Below, in pieces: positions 1 through 8,979 of a stretch of DNA of 49,389 nt. The position numbers and the translations under genes were made by a program. Position 1 is the stretch's first letter. Each line of letters opens with the position of its first letter. The DNA comes from Candidatus Falkowbacteria bacterium HGW-Falkowbacteria-1. GTDB taxonomy: Bacteria; Patescibacteriota; Patescibacteriia; Patescibacteriales; UBA12465. The stretch is taken from positions 178,074-227,462 of the forward strand of contig PHAI01000001.1 in assembly GCA_002840305.1 (NCBI GenBank). The letters run 5' to 3'. The notes under the pieces were generated by a model. That model worked only from the letters and a program-made list of their open reading frames with translations. It was not told the origin of the DNA and did not search any database.

Positions 1-2
1 TA

Positions 3-440
3 TTGGCAGCTCCTTTAAGGCTTGCAGCCGTAGGGAATTTTGATTATTTGTTCCGTGTCTTTACTCATATTCGATTTATAGACGATGGAGATAAAAGATG
101 TCAAAACAAATGTTTGAAGGATATGATTTTTTTGGGGGAGGAAAGTCGTAACGTTGAGCATTTGTTCACAATTTATCAGCTAGCCTTATTGGTTGATAAT
201 TTTATAATTTCAGAAAGAGTTGTTAATTTAATTAAGGAGGCAAATTATGAATTTTCGTTGTTACTGAACATTTACGAAAAATTGGAAAAAAACAATATAA
301 TTAATAATGGCTTGGCAGCATTTCTGCAAGGAGAAATGATCATCAAAGCCAAGAGCAATTCGGAAAAAGCGGTGGCATTTATAAAAGCACCACTACAAAT
401 TAAAAATATTGCTTTGGCCAGCCTTTTAAAGGCAGCCTAA
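3..440 (+). CDS. hypothetical protein, C-terminal fragment (5' end outside window)
   Basis: Frame is open from the window edge to TAA 438-440 and is followed by a hairpin terminator. No motif I recognise. Confidence 0.45.
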   Translation: MAAPLRLAAVGNFDYLFRVFTHIRFIDDGDKRCQNKCLKDMIFLGEESRNVEHLFTIYQLALLVDNFIISERVVNLIKEANYEFSLLLNIYEKLEKNNIINNGLAAFLQGEMIIKAKSNSEKAVAFIKAPLQIKNIALASLLKAA

Positions 441-463
441 AAACGTTCTTTGAATTTTTATAA

Positions 464-490
464 CCCGTTTCTGTTAGAGACGGGTTTTTT
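464..490 (+). terminator. rho-independent terminator
   Basis: CCCGTTTC (464-471) pairs with GAGACGGG (477-484), an 8-bp stem with one G-U and a 5-nt loop, followed by T6 (485-490). Confidence 0.6.
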
Positions 491-608
491 ATTTGGTTAG
501 AAGTTTAAATTTATGCTATAATTATTATCATAAAGTATTCTTTTTATAAAAAAGTTAGGATATTAGTAGTGTTTTAGGGCCTTTAAATTATAGCTTTAAA
601 TAAATTTT

Positions 609-1292
609 ATGGAAGAAAAATTTCAAAAAATCAAGGAAACTGTGGAGAGAGAATTAAATTTAGAAAAAGATTCTGCTCATGATATTGATCATGTTATGAG
701 AGTCTACAATTTGGCACTAAGCATATCTAAGAGCGAAGGGAATGTTGACCTAGATGTTTTATGCGCAGCAACGCTTCTCCATGATATTGGTGGAGCCAAG
801 GAGGCTAATGATTCAAGCGGCAAAACCGATCATGCCGTTGTTGGTGCTGAGATGTCTAGATCTATATTGGGGCGCTTGGGTTTTACTTTTGACAAAATAA
901 AACACATCCAGGATTGTATTTTATCTCATCGTTACAGAACTGACTATAAACCGGAGACAATTGAGGCCAAGATATTATTTGATGCTGATAAGTTGGATGC
1001 TATTGGAGCTATTGGCGCTGCTCGAGTTTTTTCTTGGATCGGAAAACACAACGCTAAGATTTATAAAAAAGTAAATGTTGATGAATATATAAAAGAAAAT
1101 CAAGGGGGTAAAATTGACGGAAGAATTAAAGATAAGTCGAAACATAGTGCTCAAATAAATTATGAAGTGAAAGAAAAGTTCTTGTTAGATAAATTATATA
1201 CGGAAACAGCCAAAAAAATTGGCCAAGAAAGATTGGCTTATTATAAAAATTTCTTAGATAGATTAGAGAAAGAGGTTAATGGGGAATTATAG
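609..1292 (+). CDS. HD-domain metal-dependent phosphohydrolase
   Basis: Translation carries the H...HD...D signature: HDIDHVMRV, LLHDIGG, SHRYR, DADKLDAIG. Confidence 0.8.
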   Translation: MEEKFQKIKETVERELNLEKDSAHDIDHVMRVYNLALSISKSEGNVDLDVLCAATLLHDIGGAKEANDSSGKTDHAVVGAEMSRSILGRLGFTFDKIKHIQDCILSHRYRTDYKPETIEAKILFDADKLDAIGAIGAARVFSWIGKHNAKIYKKVNVDEYIKENQGGKIDGRIKDKSKHSAQINYEVKEKFLLDKLYTETAKKIGQERLAYYKNFLDRLEKEVNGEL

Positions 1293-1322
1293 TATTGGTT
1301 AGAAAATAATAATGGTATAATT

Positions 1323-2015
1323 ATGAAAAAATATAAAATAATTATCAGTATTACTGGCGAAAATGCTAAAGATTGTATTGCTAAAATTAATGAAGTAATA
1401 AAGTTTAAATTGTCAGAGGTAGCTTTGTTTTTGGAGAGGTTGAGCCTTGACGACCGTCATAAGGTTTATAATTATTTGAGAAAGTCTGGTATTAAAAATA
1501 TTCCTTTTGTTCATTTGCGCGATGACATGACTAAGGATGAGATAAAAATGTTAGCTGATCTCTATAAAGTAAAGTATTTTTCTATTCACGAGAATCATTT
1601 TAATATTATTAATAATTGGCGAGGATTTTATAAAAAGTTATATCTAGAAATGTCTACCGATAATTATGTTGCACCTAATGTAAAAGTTGAAAAAATTGGT
1701 GGCTTTTGTGTTGACCTAGCTCATTATAAGAAGCAGCTAGTTTTAGAGAACAAAGATTATGAGTATGTTTATAAATATAAAAATAAAAGTAAGTTATTTG
1801 CCTGTAACCATTTAAGTGGTTACGATTTTAAGGCCAATGTTGACATGCATGTTGTAAAATCAAAAAAAGACTTTTTGTATTTAAGCGAATTGCCGGACTT
1901 TATTTTTGGTGGACTAATCGCAATGGAAATAGACAACTCTATTAGAGAGCAGTTAATTTATAGAGATTATGCTCTTTTTTTGTTACAAAAAAGATTGAGG
2001 ATTAAATCAAATTGA
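1323..2015 (+). CDS. hypothetical protein
   Basis: 230-aa ORF, 30 nt after the HD gene, with a TGA stop. No recognisable motif. Confidence 0.55.
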   Translation: MKKYKIIISITGENAKDCIAKINEVIKFKLSEVALFLERLSLDDRHKVYNYLRKSGIKNIPFVHLRDDMTKDEIKMLADLYKVKYFSIHENHFNIINNWRGFYKKLYLEMSTDNYVAPNVKVEKIGGFCVDLAHYKKQLVLENKDYEYVYKYKNKSKLFACNHLSGYDFKANVDMHVVKSKKDFLYLSELPDFIFGGLIAMEIDNSIREQLIYRDYALFLLQKRLRIKSN

Positions 2016-2041
2016 TTTTGTTATATTTTTTTACTTTGTTC

Positions 2042-2070
2042 TTTACGGTTTCTTAAATAATTGGTATACT
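2042..2070 (+). promoter_or_regulatory. candidate sigma70-type promoter of the sensory operon
   Basis: TTTACG (2042-2047), 17-nt spacer, TGgTATACT with the -10 at 2065-2070. Confidence 0.4.
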
Positions 2071-2106
2071 TAAAGTGTAAATAGTAGTATTCAGTTCTTG
2101 ATTATT

Positions 2107-2907
2107 ATGAGATATATGGAAAAGAAAAAAATATTTTTTGTTATTTTGCTTATTATAATTGTTGTTGCAACTACAATGTTTTTGCTTTGGCGTCGCAATC
2201 TTGATGCGGACAATTCTTTAAGCAATGTAAAAAAAAGAGGAGTTTTAGTAGTCGGTGGTGACGCTCCGTATGGTGTAATGGAATTTTTTAATGAAGACAA
2301 TGAAATTGATGGAATTGACGTAGACATCGCCCGTGAAATTGCCTCTCGCCTAGGTGTTCGTTTAGAATTTAATGATTATGATTGGGATCAACTATTTTTA
2401 AAAGTAAAAAACGATGAAATAGATTTAGCGGCCTCAAGCATTACTATCACTCCTGAGCGACAGAAAGAAATGCTCTTTAGTACTTCATATTTTAATGGAG
2501 GACAGGTGATAGTCGTTCGGTCTGGGAACCAAGATATAGGAGGAGTTAACGATTTGGTTGGAATAAAGATTGCCGTTCAAGAGGGCACCACCGGTTACGA
2601 TGAGGCCAAAAAATATACTCAAGAAAATTTAATTTTTCCGTATTTAAATTTTGATGATTCCGGCATCATTAATGATTTGGAAAATGAAAAATTTGAAGCA
2701 ATTATAGTTGATTATGTTCAAGCCCTGAGCATGATAAAGGTTTATTCTGGTTTAAAAATTGTCGGAACTCCTTTCACTAGAGAGGACTATGGTCTTGTTA
2801 CTAAAATTGGCAACAATACTTTGATGCAGGAGATTAACTCTATCATACTAAACATGGAGAAAGAGGGAACGCTTAAAAAAATAGAAATAAAATGGAGTGC
2901 ATTTTAA
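2107..2907 (+). CDS. membrane-anchored family-3 (amino-acid type) solute-binding protein
   Basis: N-terminal hydrophobic anchor, then GVLVVGGDAPYGVMEFF...GIDVDIAREIASRLGV...DWDQL...IDLAASSITITPERQKEMLFSTSYF, typical of SBP_bac_3. The ORF track starts at TTG 2098; I prefer the in-frame ATG at 2107 or 2116. Confidence 0.8.
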   Translation: MRYMEKKKIFFVILLIIIVVATTMFLLWRRNLDADNSLSNVKKRGVLVVGGDAPYGVMEFFNEDNEIDGIDVDIAREIASRLGVRLEFNDYDWDQLFLKVKNDEIDLAASSITITPERQKEMLFSTSYFNGGQVIVVRSGNQDIGGVNDLVGIKIAVQEGTTGYDEAKKYTQENLIFPYLNFDDSGIINDLENEKFEAIIVDYVQALSMIKVYSGLKIVGTPFTREDYGLVTKIGNNTLMQEINSIILNMEKEGTLKKIEIKWSAF

Positions 2908-2922
2908 TTTAATATAAAAAAT

Positions 2923-3303
2923 ATGAAAATTTTAATTATCGATGATGATTTCGACGCAACAGTGACTCTCAAGGCTTTACTTATGGGTCAGAGTGATTAT
3001 ACAATTGACGTTGCCTACGGTGGCCGTGCAGGGCTAAACATGATGATCGCTGATCCAAGTTATGATTTAGTTATTCTCGATGTTATGATGCCAGATTTCA
3101 GCGGTATTGATGTTTGTAAGGCCATGGCTGAAAGCGAGGAACTCAAAAAGATACCAGTTCTTTTGGCATCCGCTCTTCCGATTAACTCTAATGAGCTAGG
3201 AGAATTGTTGGTTCAATTTAAAGCTCTGGTTGTAGTCAAGGGGGCGCTCGAAAAACCATTTGTCGTAGAGGATTTATTAGCGGAGATAAAAAAGATAAAA
3301 TAG
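2923..3303 (+). CDS. single-domain response regulator (receiver only)
   Basis: MKILIIDDD..., DLVILDVMMP phospho-acceptor Asp and a conserved EKP Lys. No output domain (126 aa). Confidence 0.85.
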   Translation: MKILIIDDDFDATVTLKALLMGQSDYTIDVAYGGRAGLNMMIADPSYDLVILDVMMPDFSGIDVCKAMAESEELKKIPVLLASALPINSNELGELLVQFKALVVVKGALEKPFVVEDLLAEIKKIK

Positions 3304-3305
3304 AT

Positions 3306-4349
3306 ATGAAAAAAATTATTATTGCCTTAATTGTTTTAATCGGCTTGGTTTCGGGCAGTATTTATTTTTTAAATAATTTGTTAGTCGAGAAACAAACATT
3401 GTTAACCCAAAAAAAACCATTAATTGTCGGTTTTTCTATGGGAGCAACTGGTGAGGAGAGATGGTTTAAGGATGGCAAGCTATTTATTCAAAAAGCCCGA
3501 GAATTAGATGCGGAGGTTGCTGCTATTTTTTCAGACTATGATGTTGAAAAACAAATTTCACAAATTGAAAATTTAATTAGTCAAGGAGTTGATGTGCTTG
3601 TTGTTATTCCTTCAGATTCTGAAAAAATTGGTCCAGCCATAGAAGAGGCAAATCGTTACGGAGTGAAAGTAATTGCTTATGATCGATTGATAAAGAATAG
3701 CGATATAGATTTATATATTTCATTTGATAATGTAAAAGTTGGAGAGCTTCAAGTAGAGAGCATTTTATCAGTAGTGAGCAAAGGTAATTTTGCTTATATT
3801 GGTGGCTCACCTACTGACAACAATGCTTATTTGCTCAAAGAAGGGGCTATGAATATTTTAAATCCCAAGATCGAAGATGGTGATATTAAATTAGTTATTA
3901 ATGAATTTGTAGCCGATTGGAAACCAGAAGAAGCTTACAAGATAGTAAAAGATTATTTAGATTCTGGTAAGTCACTTAATGCCATTATTGCGGCTAATGA
4001 CGGAATAGCCTCTGGGGTTATCCAGGCTCTCGGAGAGAAAGGTTTGGCCGGAAAAATACCAGTGTCAGGTCAGGACGCCGAACTTTCTGCCACACAAAGA
4101 ATTGTTGCTGGGACTCAAACGTCTACTGTCTATAAACCAATAATTTCTTTAGCTTACAAAGCGGCCGAAATTGCAGTTGCTATGGCGAACGGGCAGGTCG
4201 TTGAGACTAATACTTATATCAATAACGGCGAAATGATCGTTCCTTCATATTTTCTTGATCCAATTCTGGTTAATAAAGATAATATGATGGAGACGGTTGT
4301 TAAAGATGGCTTTCATACTTATGAAGAAATATACTCATTTATAAAATAG
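3306..4349 (+). CDS. membrane-anchored type-1 periplasmic (sugar/xylose-type) binding protein
   Basis: N-terminal TM segment, then IVGFSMGATGEERWFKDGKLF...QGVDVLVVIPSDSE...GVKVIAYDRLI...ISFDNVKVGELQ...VSGQDAE, resembling XylF/ChvE-type PBP1. Confidence 0.8.
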   Translation: MKKIIIALIVLIGLVSGSIYFLNNLLVEKQTLLTQKKPLIVGFSMGATGEERWFKDGKLFIQKARELDAEVAAIFSDYDVEKQISQIENLISQGVDVLVVIPSDSEKIGPAIEEANRYGVKVIAYDRLIKNSDIDLYISFDNVKVGELQVESILSVVSKGNFAYIGGSPTDNNAYLLKEGAMNILNPKIEDGDIKLVINEFVADWKPEEAYKIVKDYLDSGKSLNAIIAANDGIASGVIQALGEKGLAGKIPVSGQDAELSATQRIVAGTQTSTVYKPIISLAYKAAEIAVAMANGQVVETNTYINNGEMIVPSYFLDPILVNKDNMMETVVKDGFHTYEEIYSFIK

Positions 4350-4368
4350 TAAAAACCGGCAAGCCTTT

Positions 4369-6282
4369 ATGGGTATTAAAAAGAAACTTTTAATTTCATT
4401 TTTATCAATTATTGTAGCCTTGCTTGTTGCGGGGGCCTTTTTTGTTGTAATGAATTATATAATATTGTCAAAATATAGAACATTAAATAGTAACATGGTA
4501 TCAGAATATCAACTTATTGAAGATGTTTCTTCGTTGCTTCTTTCTTTCGACAAGCTCATTAAAGCACCAAATGATACCCTGGAAATGGATAATTTTAATT
4601 CTATTTATTCCAAAACAAAATATTCGTTATCGGAGCTCAAGGAAAAAATAGTTAGCTATGAAAGCAAGATAATTTTTAATGGATTGGAAAACAACATTAA
4701 TGGTGTTTTTTTCGATGTCGAAATAGGTATTAATAGCTTGAGTAGCGGTAATTATCTCGAGGCCATTGATCGTCAAGGCACCGCTTATCGTAAAAATAAA
4801 TTTGTCAAAGAAAATGTTTCCAGTTTACTCTTGAAAGAACTGGAGTATTCCAAAAATTTACAGATAGAAATCGACAAAGTTAGATTGATAAGCCAGATGA
4901 TCGCTATTCTTTTGTTGCTTTCGACCGTTAGTGGCTGTGTTTGGTACGCAATTGTTTTTTCCAATAAATTAGTTTTGCCACTTGTTAATTTGACAAAATT
5001 AGCGAAACTGATTGAAGGGGGAGATCTTGAGGCTTCGGTGAGCAAGGAATTGTTAAAGGGCGATGACGAAGTCGCTAGTTTGGCTAGCTCATTTCATGCC
5101 ATGGTAGTAGCTCTTAGGGCAAATATTCAAAAATTACAAGAATATAATATAGAGATTAAAAATTCTCGCAATCATCTAAAAGAAGAGAAGCAAAAACTTC
5201 AGCAATATTTAAACGTTGCCGGAGTGATTGTTTTGATTTTTGATTTAAATAATAATGTTTTTTTAATTAATAAAAAAGGTTGCGAAATTTTTGGTATAGA
5301 AGCTTCCGATATTATAGGTAAAAACTGGGTTAGTGAATATGTGTCTAAAAAGAATCAGAGACAAACAATAAAAACCTTGGCACTTCTTGCAAATAGTGCA
5401 ACACCGGTAGATACCTTGGAAAATATTGTAGTTTCCAAGGATAAATTAGAAAAAAATATTGTTTGGCGTTTTAGTATGCTCAAAAATAAGGATAATATGT
5501 CTCAAGCGATATTAGCAACGGGAGTAGATGTAACCGAACTAACTAAAGCAAAAATTACGATTAACCAACTTAAAGAAGTTGATGCATTGAAAAATGAAGT
5601 CTTAAACATTGCGACTCACGAATTGAAAACCCCTTTAATTTCTATCGTTGGTTTATCTGAGGTAATGAAAAATCAACCCAAGACAATTCCATCTGAATAC
5701 CAAGATTATATTTCAATTATTTATAAAGAGGGATTGAAATTAACTAATCTTATTAAGACGATGCTTACGGCCACTAGAAATGAAGTTAGCAAGATGACGG
5801 TCGTTAAAGAGAAATTTAATTTGATAGATTTAATTTTCTCGCTTAAAACATCTCTTGAGATGCTTGCTAAAAGAACAGATTCACATATTAACTTTGATTT
5901 GCGGGCAGAAGGTATTAATATAGAAAGTGACAAGTCGAAGATATCGCAGGTTATTTATAATTTTGTTGATAATGCCGTTAAGTATGGACCGAAGAATCAA
6001 TCAGTTACTATTGGCTTATCTTTGTTGGGCAATGAATTGATCAGGGTAGAGGTTAAGGGAGAGGGTCGTGGTATTTCAAAACTGGCACAAAAAAGTCTTT
6101 TTATGAAATTTTCACAATTGGAATCTTCTTTGTCTCGCTCCCAAGATGGTATGGGCTTGGGTCTTTATATTTGCAAACAAAACGTTGAAAGCTTGGGTGG
6201 CAAGGTTGGTGTTGAGAGTGAACCGAATCAAGGCGCCACATTTTATTTTACTTTACCTTTAATTTCTAAAATAAAAATATGA
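4369..6282 (+). CDS. sensor histidine kinase (2 TM, HAMP, PAS, HisKA, HATPase_c)
   Basis: Two hydrophobic segments flank a loop of about 150 aa. HAMP-like segment, PAS-like segment (GVIVLIFDLNNNVFLINKKGCEIFG), H-box ATHELKTPL, and N/G boxes DNAVKYGP, GEGRGIS, GMGLGLYICK. Confidence 0.9.
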   Translation: MGIKKKLLISFLSIIVALLVAGAFFVVMNYIILSKYRTLNSNMVSEYQLIEDVSSLLLSFDKLIKAPNDTLEMDNFNSIYSKTKYSLSELKEKIVSYESKIIFNGLENNINGVFFDVEIGINSLSSGNYLEAIDRQGTAYRKNKFVKENVSSLLLKELEYSKNLQIEIDKVRLISQMIAILLLLSTVSGCVWYAIVFSNKLVLPLVNLTKLAKLIEGGDLEASVSKELLKGDDEVASLASSFHAMVVALRANIQKLQEYNIEIKNSRNHLKEEKQKLQQYLNVAGVIVLIFDLNNNVFLINKKGCEIFGIEASDIIGKNWVSEYVSKKNQRQTIKTLALLANSATPVDTLENIVVSKDKLEKNIVWRFSMLKNKDNMSQAILATGVDVTELTKAKITINQLKEVDALKNEVLNIATHELKTPLISIVGLSEVMKNQPKTIPSEYQDYISIIYKEGLKLTNLIKTMLTATRNEVSKMTVVKEKFNLIDLIFSLKTSLEMLAKRTDSHINFDLRAEGINIESDKSKISQVIYNFVDNAVKYGPKNQSVTIGLSLLGNELIRVEVKGEGRGISKLAQKSLFMKFSQLESSLSRSQDGMGLGLYICKQNVESLGGKVGVESEPNQGATFYFTLPLISKIKI

Positions 6283-6668
6283 AAATTTTAATCATTGACA
6301 ATGATGTCAGCACTACTACTACTTTGGTAGCTTTGCTTATGAGCCAGGAAGCCTTTCAAATAGACGTCGCTCATGGTGGACAGGAGGGTTTAAATAAAAT
6401 GACAGCAAATCCAGATTATGATTTAATTCTTCTAGATATTATGATGCCTAATGTTAGTGGCCTGGATGTTTGCAAAGCCATGGTCAAGGATCCTAGTTTA
6501 AAATCTATACCAGTTTTATTAATGTCATCCGCTCTGCCTATTCCACCAGAGGAATTTCATAAAACATTAGAAAAATTTAGTGAGTCTAGCTTGATCAAAG
6601 GTGTTTTGGAAAAACCTTTTGTTATCGACGACTTGATAGCACAGATTCATAAAGTAGCCAGAAAGTAA
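6279..6668 (+). CDS. single-domain response regulator (receiver only), paralog of 2923-3303
   Basis: The ATGA start/stop overlaps the kinase gene. MKILIIDND..., DLILLDIMMP, EKP. Roughly half of positions match the first receiver by eye. Confidence 0.85.
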   Translation: MKILIIDNDVSTTTTLVALLMSQEAFQIDVAHGGQEGLNKMTANPDYDLILLDIMMPNVSGLDVCKAMVKDPSLKSIPVLLMSSALPIPPEEFHKTLEKFSESSLIKGVLEKPFVIDDLIAQIHKVARK

Positions 6669-6822
6669 TAAAAGTAATAAAATTTTTGGTTTTTTGTAGC
6701 TTATTGCTTAAATTTAAAGCTAGTGTTAGTATATAATGTTAGTATTCAATTAAATATTTATTTAAAGGATTCGCATCTTTAGTCATTTTTGGTGGCCAGT
6801 AGACGTCGGGTCACCTATTTTT

Positions 6823-8454
6823 ATGTTCAATCAAAAAGATCAAAATCACGCCGGTTTTAAAAATTTAGGCATAAAGCCCTCTATTTTATCGGTTTTAGAA
6901 AAACTCGGCTTAGAAAATCCAACGCCGATTCAGGTTAAGGCAATCCCTGTGGCTATTTCTGGTAAAGATTTGTTTGGTATTGCCCAAACAGGCACTGGAA
7001 AGACTCTAGCCTTCGGTGTTCCAACCATACAGCGCTTAGCCGAAGTAAAGGGAAGGGCTTTAGTTTTATTGCCGACCAGAGAGTTGGCTAATCAAGTAGA
7101 GGAGAGTTTAAAAAAACTTGGTAAAGACTTGGGTCTTCGCACTATTTCAGTAATTGGCGGTGAGGCCATAGGTCGCCAATTGTTTGATCTCCGCAAAAAC
7201 CCTCATGTTATTGTTGCTACTCCGGGTAGATTGCTAGATCATGTAAAAAGAAGAACAATAAAACTTGACGATATTTCAGTTTTAGTTTTGGACGAGGCTG
7301 ATATGATGTTCGATTTAGGTTTTGCCCCTCAAATTGAAGAAATAATTAAGTTAACACCCGCGAATCGTCAGACCTTGTTATTTTCAGCTACTATGCCCGC
7401 TCCGATTATTAAGTTGGCCGAGAAATATTTAAAAACTCCACTACAAATAGAGGTGGCCCCCGCTGGTACTACGGCTGATTTAGTCGATCAAGAGATATAT
7501 TTAATTCGGCACGAAGATCGTTTCAGTACTTTGGAAAAAATATTGTTAGATTATAAAAATTTAGTTTTAATTTTTGTTCGTACTAAATATGGAGCCGCTA
7601 ATTTAACCGAAAAATTAAGATTTAGTGGTCATCAGGCCAGTGAAATTCATTCTAATTTGTCGTTCAATCAACGCAAGACAGCTCTAGCTGGTTTTAAAAG
7701 TGGTGCTAAGAGAATTTTGGTTGCTACTGATGTTGCGGCTCGTGGTTTGGACATAAATGATATTGAATTAGTGCTTAATTTCGATTTACCAGATAATTCA
7801 GAGGATTATGTTCATCGAATTGGTAGAACGGCAAGAGCAGGAAAGGGTGGTAAGGCGATTTCTTTTGCCATGCCAAATCAGCGCCGGGAAATTCAGAAAA
7901 TAGAACGTTTGATTAAAAAAAATTTAGTTATAACAAAAATTGGCGCAGTTCAGTCCGAGGTTAAGAGAACTCTTATGACTAGGGCGCAAAATGATAACAA
8001 TTATCGAGGTCAATCTCGTTTCAGACCAAAGTCAGCGCCAGATTTTTCTACTTCAAACAACGCCAATAGACCGTTTCGATTTGGACAAAATGCCTCCTCT
8101 GGCTTTTCTACGTCTGATAAAAATAGAAAACCGTCTCGTTTCGGAAGAAGAATTGTTCCTGGTTTGTCCATGCCAAACGATGTCGGCAGTCAATCTCGTT
8201 TTGGACAGAAAGTTGTCCCTGGTTTTGTTTTAGACAATACTGATAGATCATTTTCAAAAGCTAGAAGTTCAAAACCTAGTCGGAATATTAAGGGTGGTCC
8301 CCAAAAGAGTAAAAAGTTTAACAAAACAGAAAGACCAGAAAATGTAGAAGGTAAAAGCAAAAAAAGTAATAGTAAGAATAAAAAGAATTACTCCTTTCCT
8401 TCTTCTAAAAAATCTGATTTTAGCTTTTCAAAGTATAAAAGTAACAAACGTTAA
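6823..8454 (+). CDS. DEAD-box ATP-dependent RNA helicase with basic repeat-containing C-terminal tail
   Basis: Motifs AQTGTGKT, PTRELA, VLDEAD, SAT and HRIGRTARAG. The tail is rich in K/R/S with SRFG-type repeats. Confidence 0.9.
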   Translation: MFNQKDQNHAGFKNLGIKPSILSVLEKLGLENPTPIQVKAIPVAISGKDLFGIAQTGTGKTLAFGVPTIQRLAEVKGRALVLLPTRELANQVEESLKKLGKDLGLRTISVIGGEAIGRQLFDLRKNPHVIVATPGRLLDHVKRRTIKLDDISVLVLDEADMMFDLGFAPQIEEIIKLTPANRQTLLFSATMPAPIIKLAEKYLKTPLQIEVAPAGTTADLVDQEIYLIRHEDRFSTLEKILLDYKNLVLIFVRTKYGAANLTEKLRFSGHQASEIHSNLSFNQRKTALAGFKSGAKRILVATDVAARGLDINDIELVLNFDLPDNSEDYVHRIGRTARAGKGGKAISFAMPNQRREIQKIERLIKKNLVITKIGAVQSEVKRTLMTRAQNDNNYRGQSRFRPKSAPDFSTSNNANRPFRFGQNASSGFSTSDKNRKPSRFGRRIVPGLSMPNDVGSQSRFGQKVVPGFVLDNTDRSFSKARSSKPSRNIKGGPQKSKKFNKTERPENVEGKSKKSNSKNKKNYSFPSSKKSDFSFSKYKSNKR

Positions 8455-8474
8455 TTATTGCCATGATTTTAAAA

Positions 8475-8504
8475 GACCCCTTCTCGGAAGGGGTCTTTTT
8501 TTTT
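8475..8504. terminator. bidirectional rho-independent terminator between convergent genes
   Basis: Perfect 9-bp stem GACCCCTTC/GAAGGGGTC (8475-8495), preceded by A4 and followed by T9. Confidence 0.75.
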
Positions 8505-8508
8505 GTTT

Positions 8509-8778
8509 TTAAATTTGGGCTAATTGGTATTTTTCACTAATAGATCTTTTTATTCTTTGTCTGGTTCTTTGGCTATCTTCATTACAGAACCAGACGCTCC
8601 AGCCCTTATTTCTTTTGTAGGCCGATATTCTTTCTTTTAAATTTTCAGTCTCTCCGATATCGGCAATTTTGTTTTTTGGATTAGCTATTATGTAAACCCC
8701 CGGTTCTTTTTGGAATGAGAAATTAATAGGGAATTTTCCTTTAAAAGCAAATCCTTTAACTACAACTTCTTTATTCAT
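8509..8778 (-). CDS. small GIY-YIG-like protein (putative)
   Basis: PGVYIIANPKNKIADIGETENLKERI resembles the GIY...YIG.T..L..R pattern. Only 89 aa. Confidence 0.4.
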   Translation of the reverse strand: MNKEVVVKGFAFKGKFPINFSFQKEPGVYIIANPKNKIADIGETENLKERISAYKRNKGWSVWFCNEDSQRTRQRIKRSISEKYQLAQI

Positions 8779-8921
8779 TTTGTTTGTTTATGCCAAAATT
8801 AAATTGATTAATAATTGGCAAAATTAATTATTTTAAATTCTGTTGTTATTTTAGCAGGGCAAAAATATCTTGTCAAGAGATAAAACTTGTAAAGAGCTGT
8901 GGATAAGTTTTGACAAGAATG

Positions 8922-8950
8922 TTGACAAAAACAAAAAAAGACTTTATAGT
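8922..8950 (+). promoter_or_regulatory. candidate promoter of the LexA-like gene
   Basis: TTGACA (8922-8927), 17-nt spacer, TATAGT (8945-8950). Further TTGACAA copies lie nearby. Confidence 0.5.
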
Positions 8951-8979
8951 ATAGACATAATAATTAAAGTTGAATATTT

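Noticed and set aside
6669-6822. Structured leader or cold-shock-type element upstream of the DEAD-box helicase
   Set aside because: I found a TATAAT at 6732-6737 but no well-spaced -35, and only a 4-bp GGTG/CACC pairing. That is insufficient to call.
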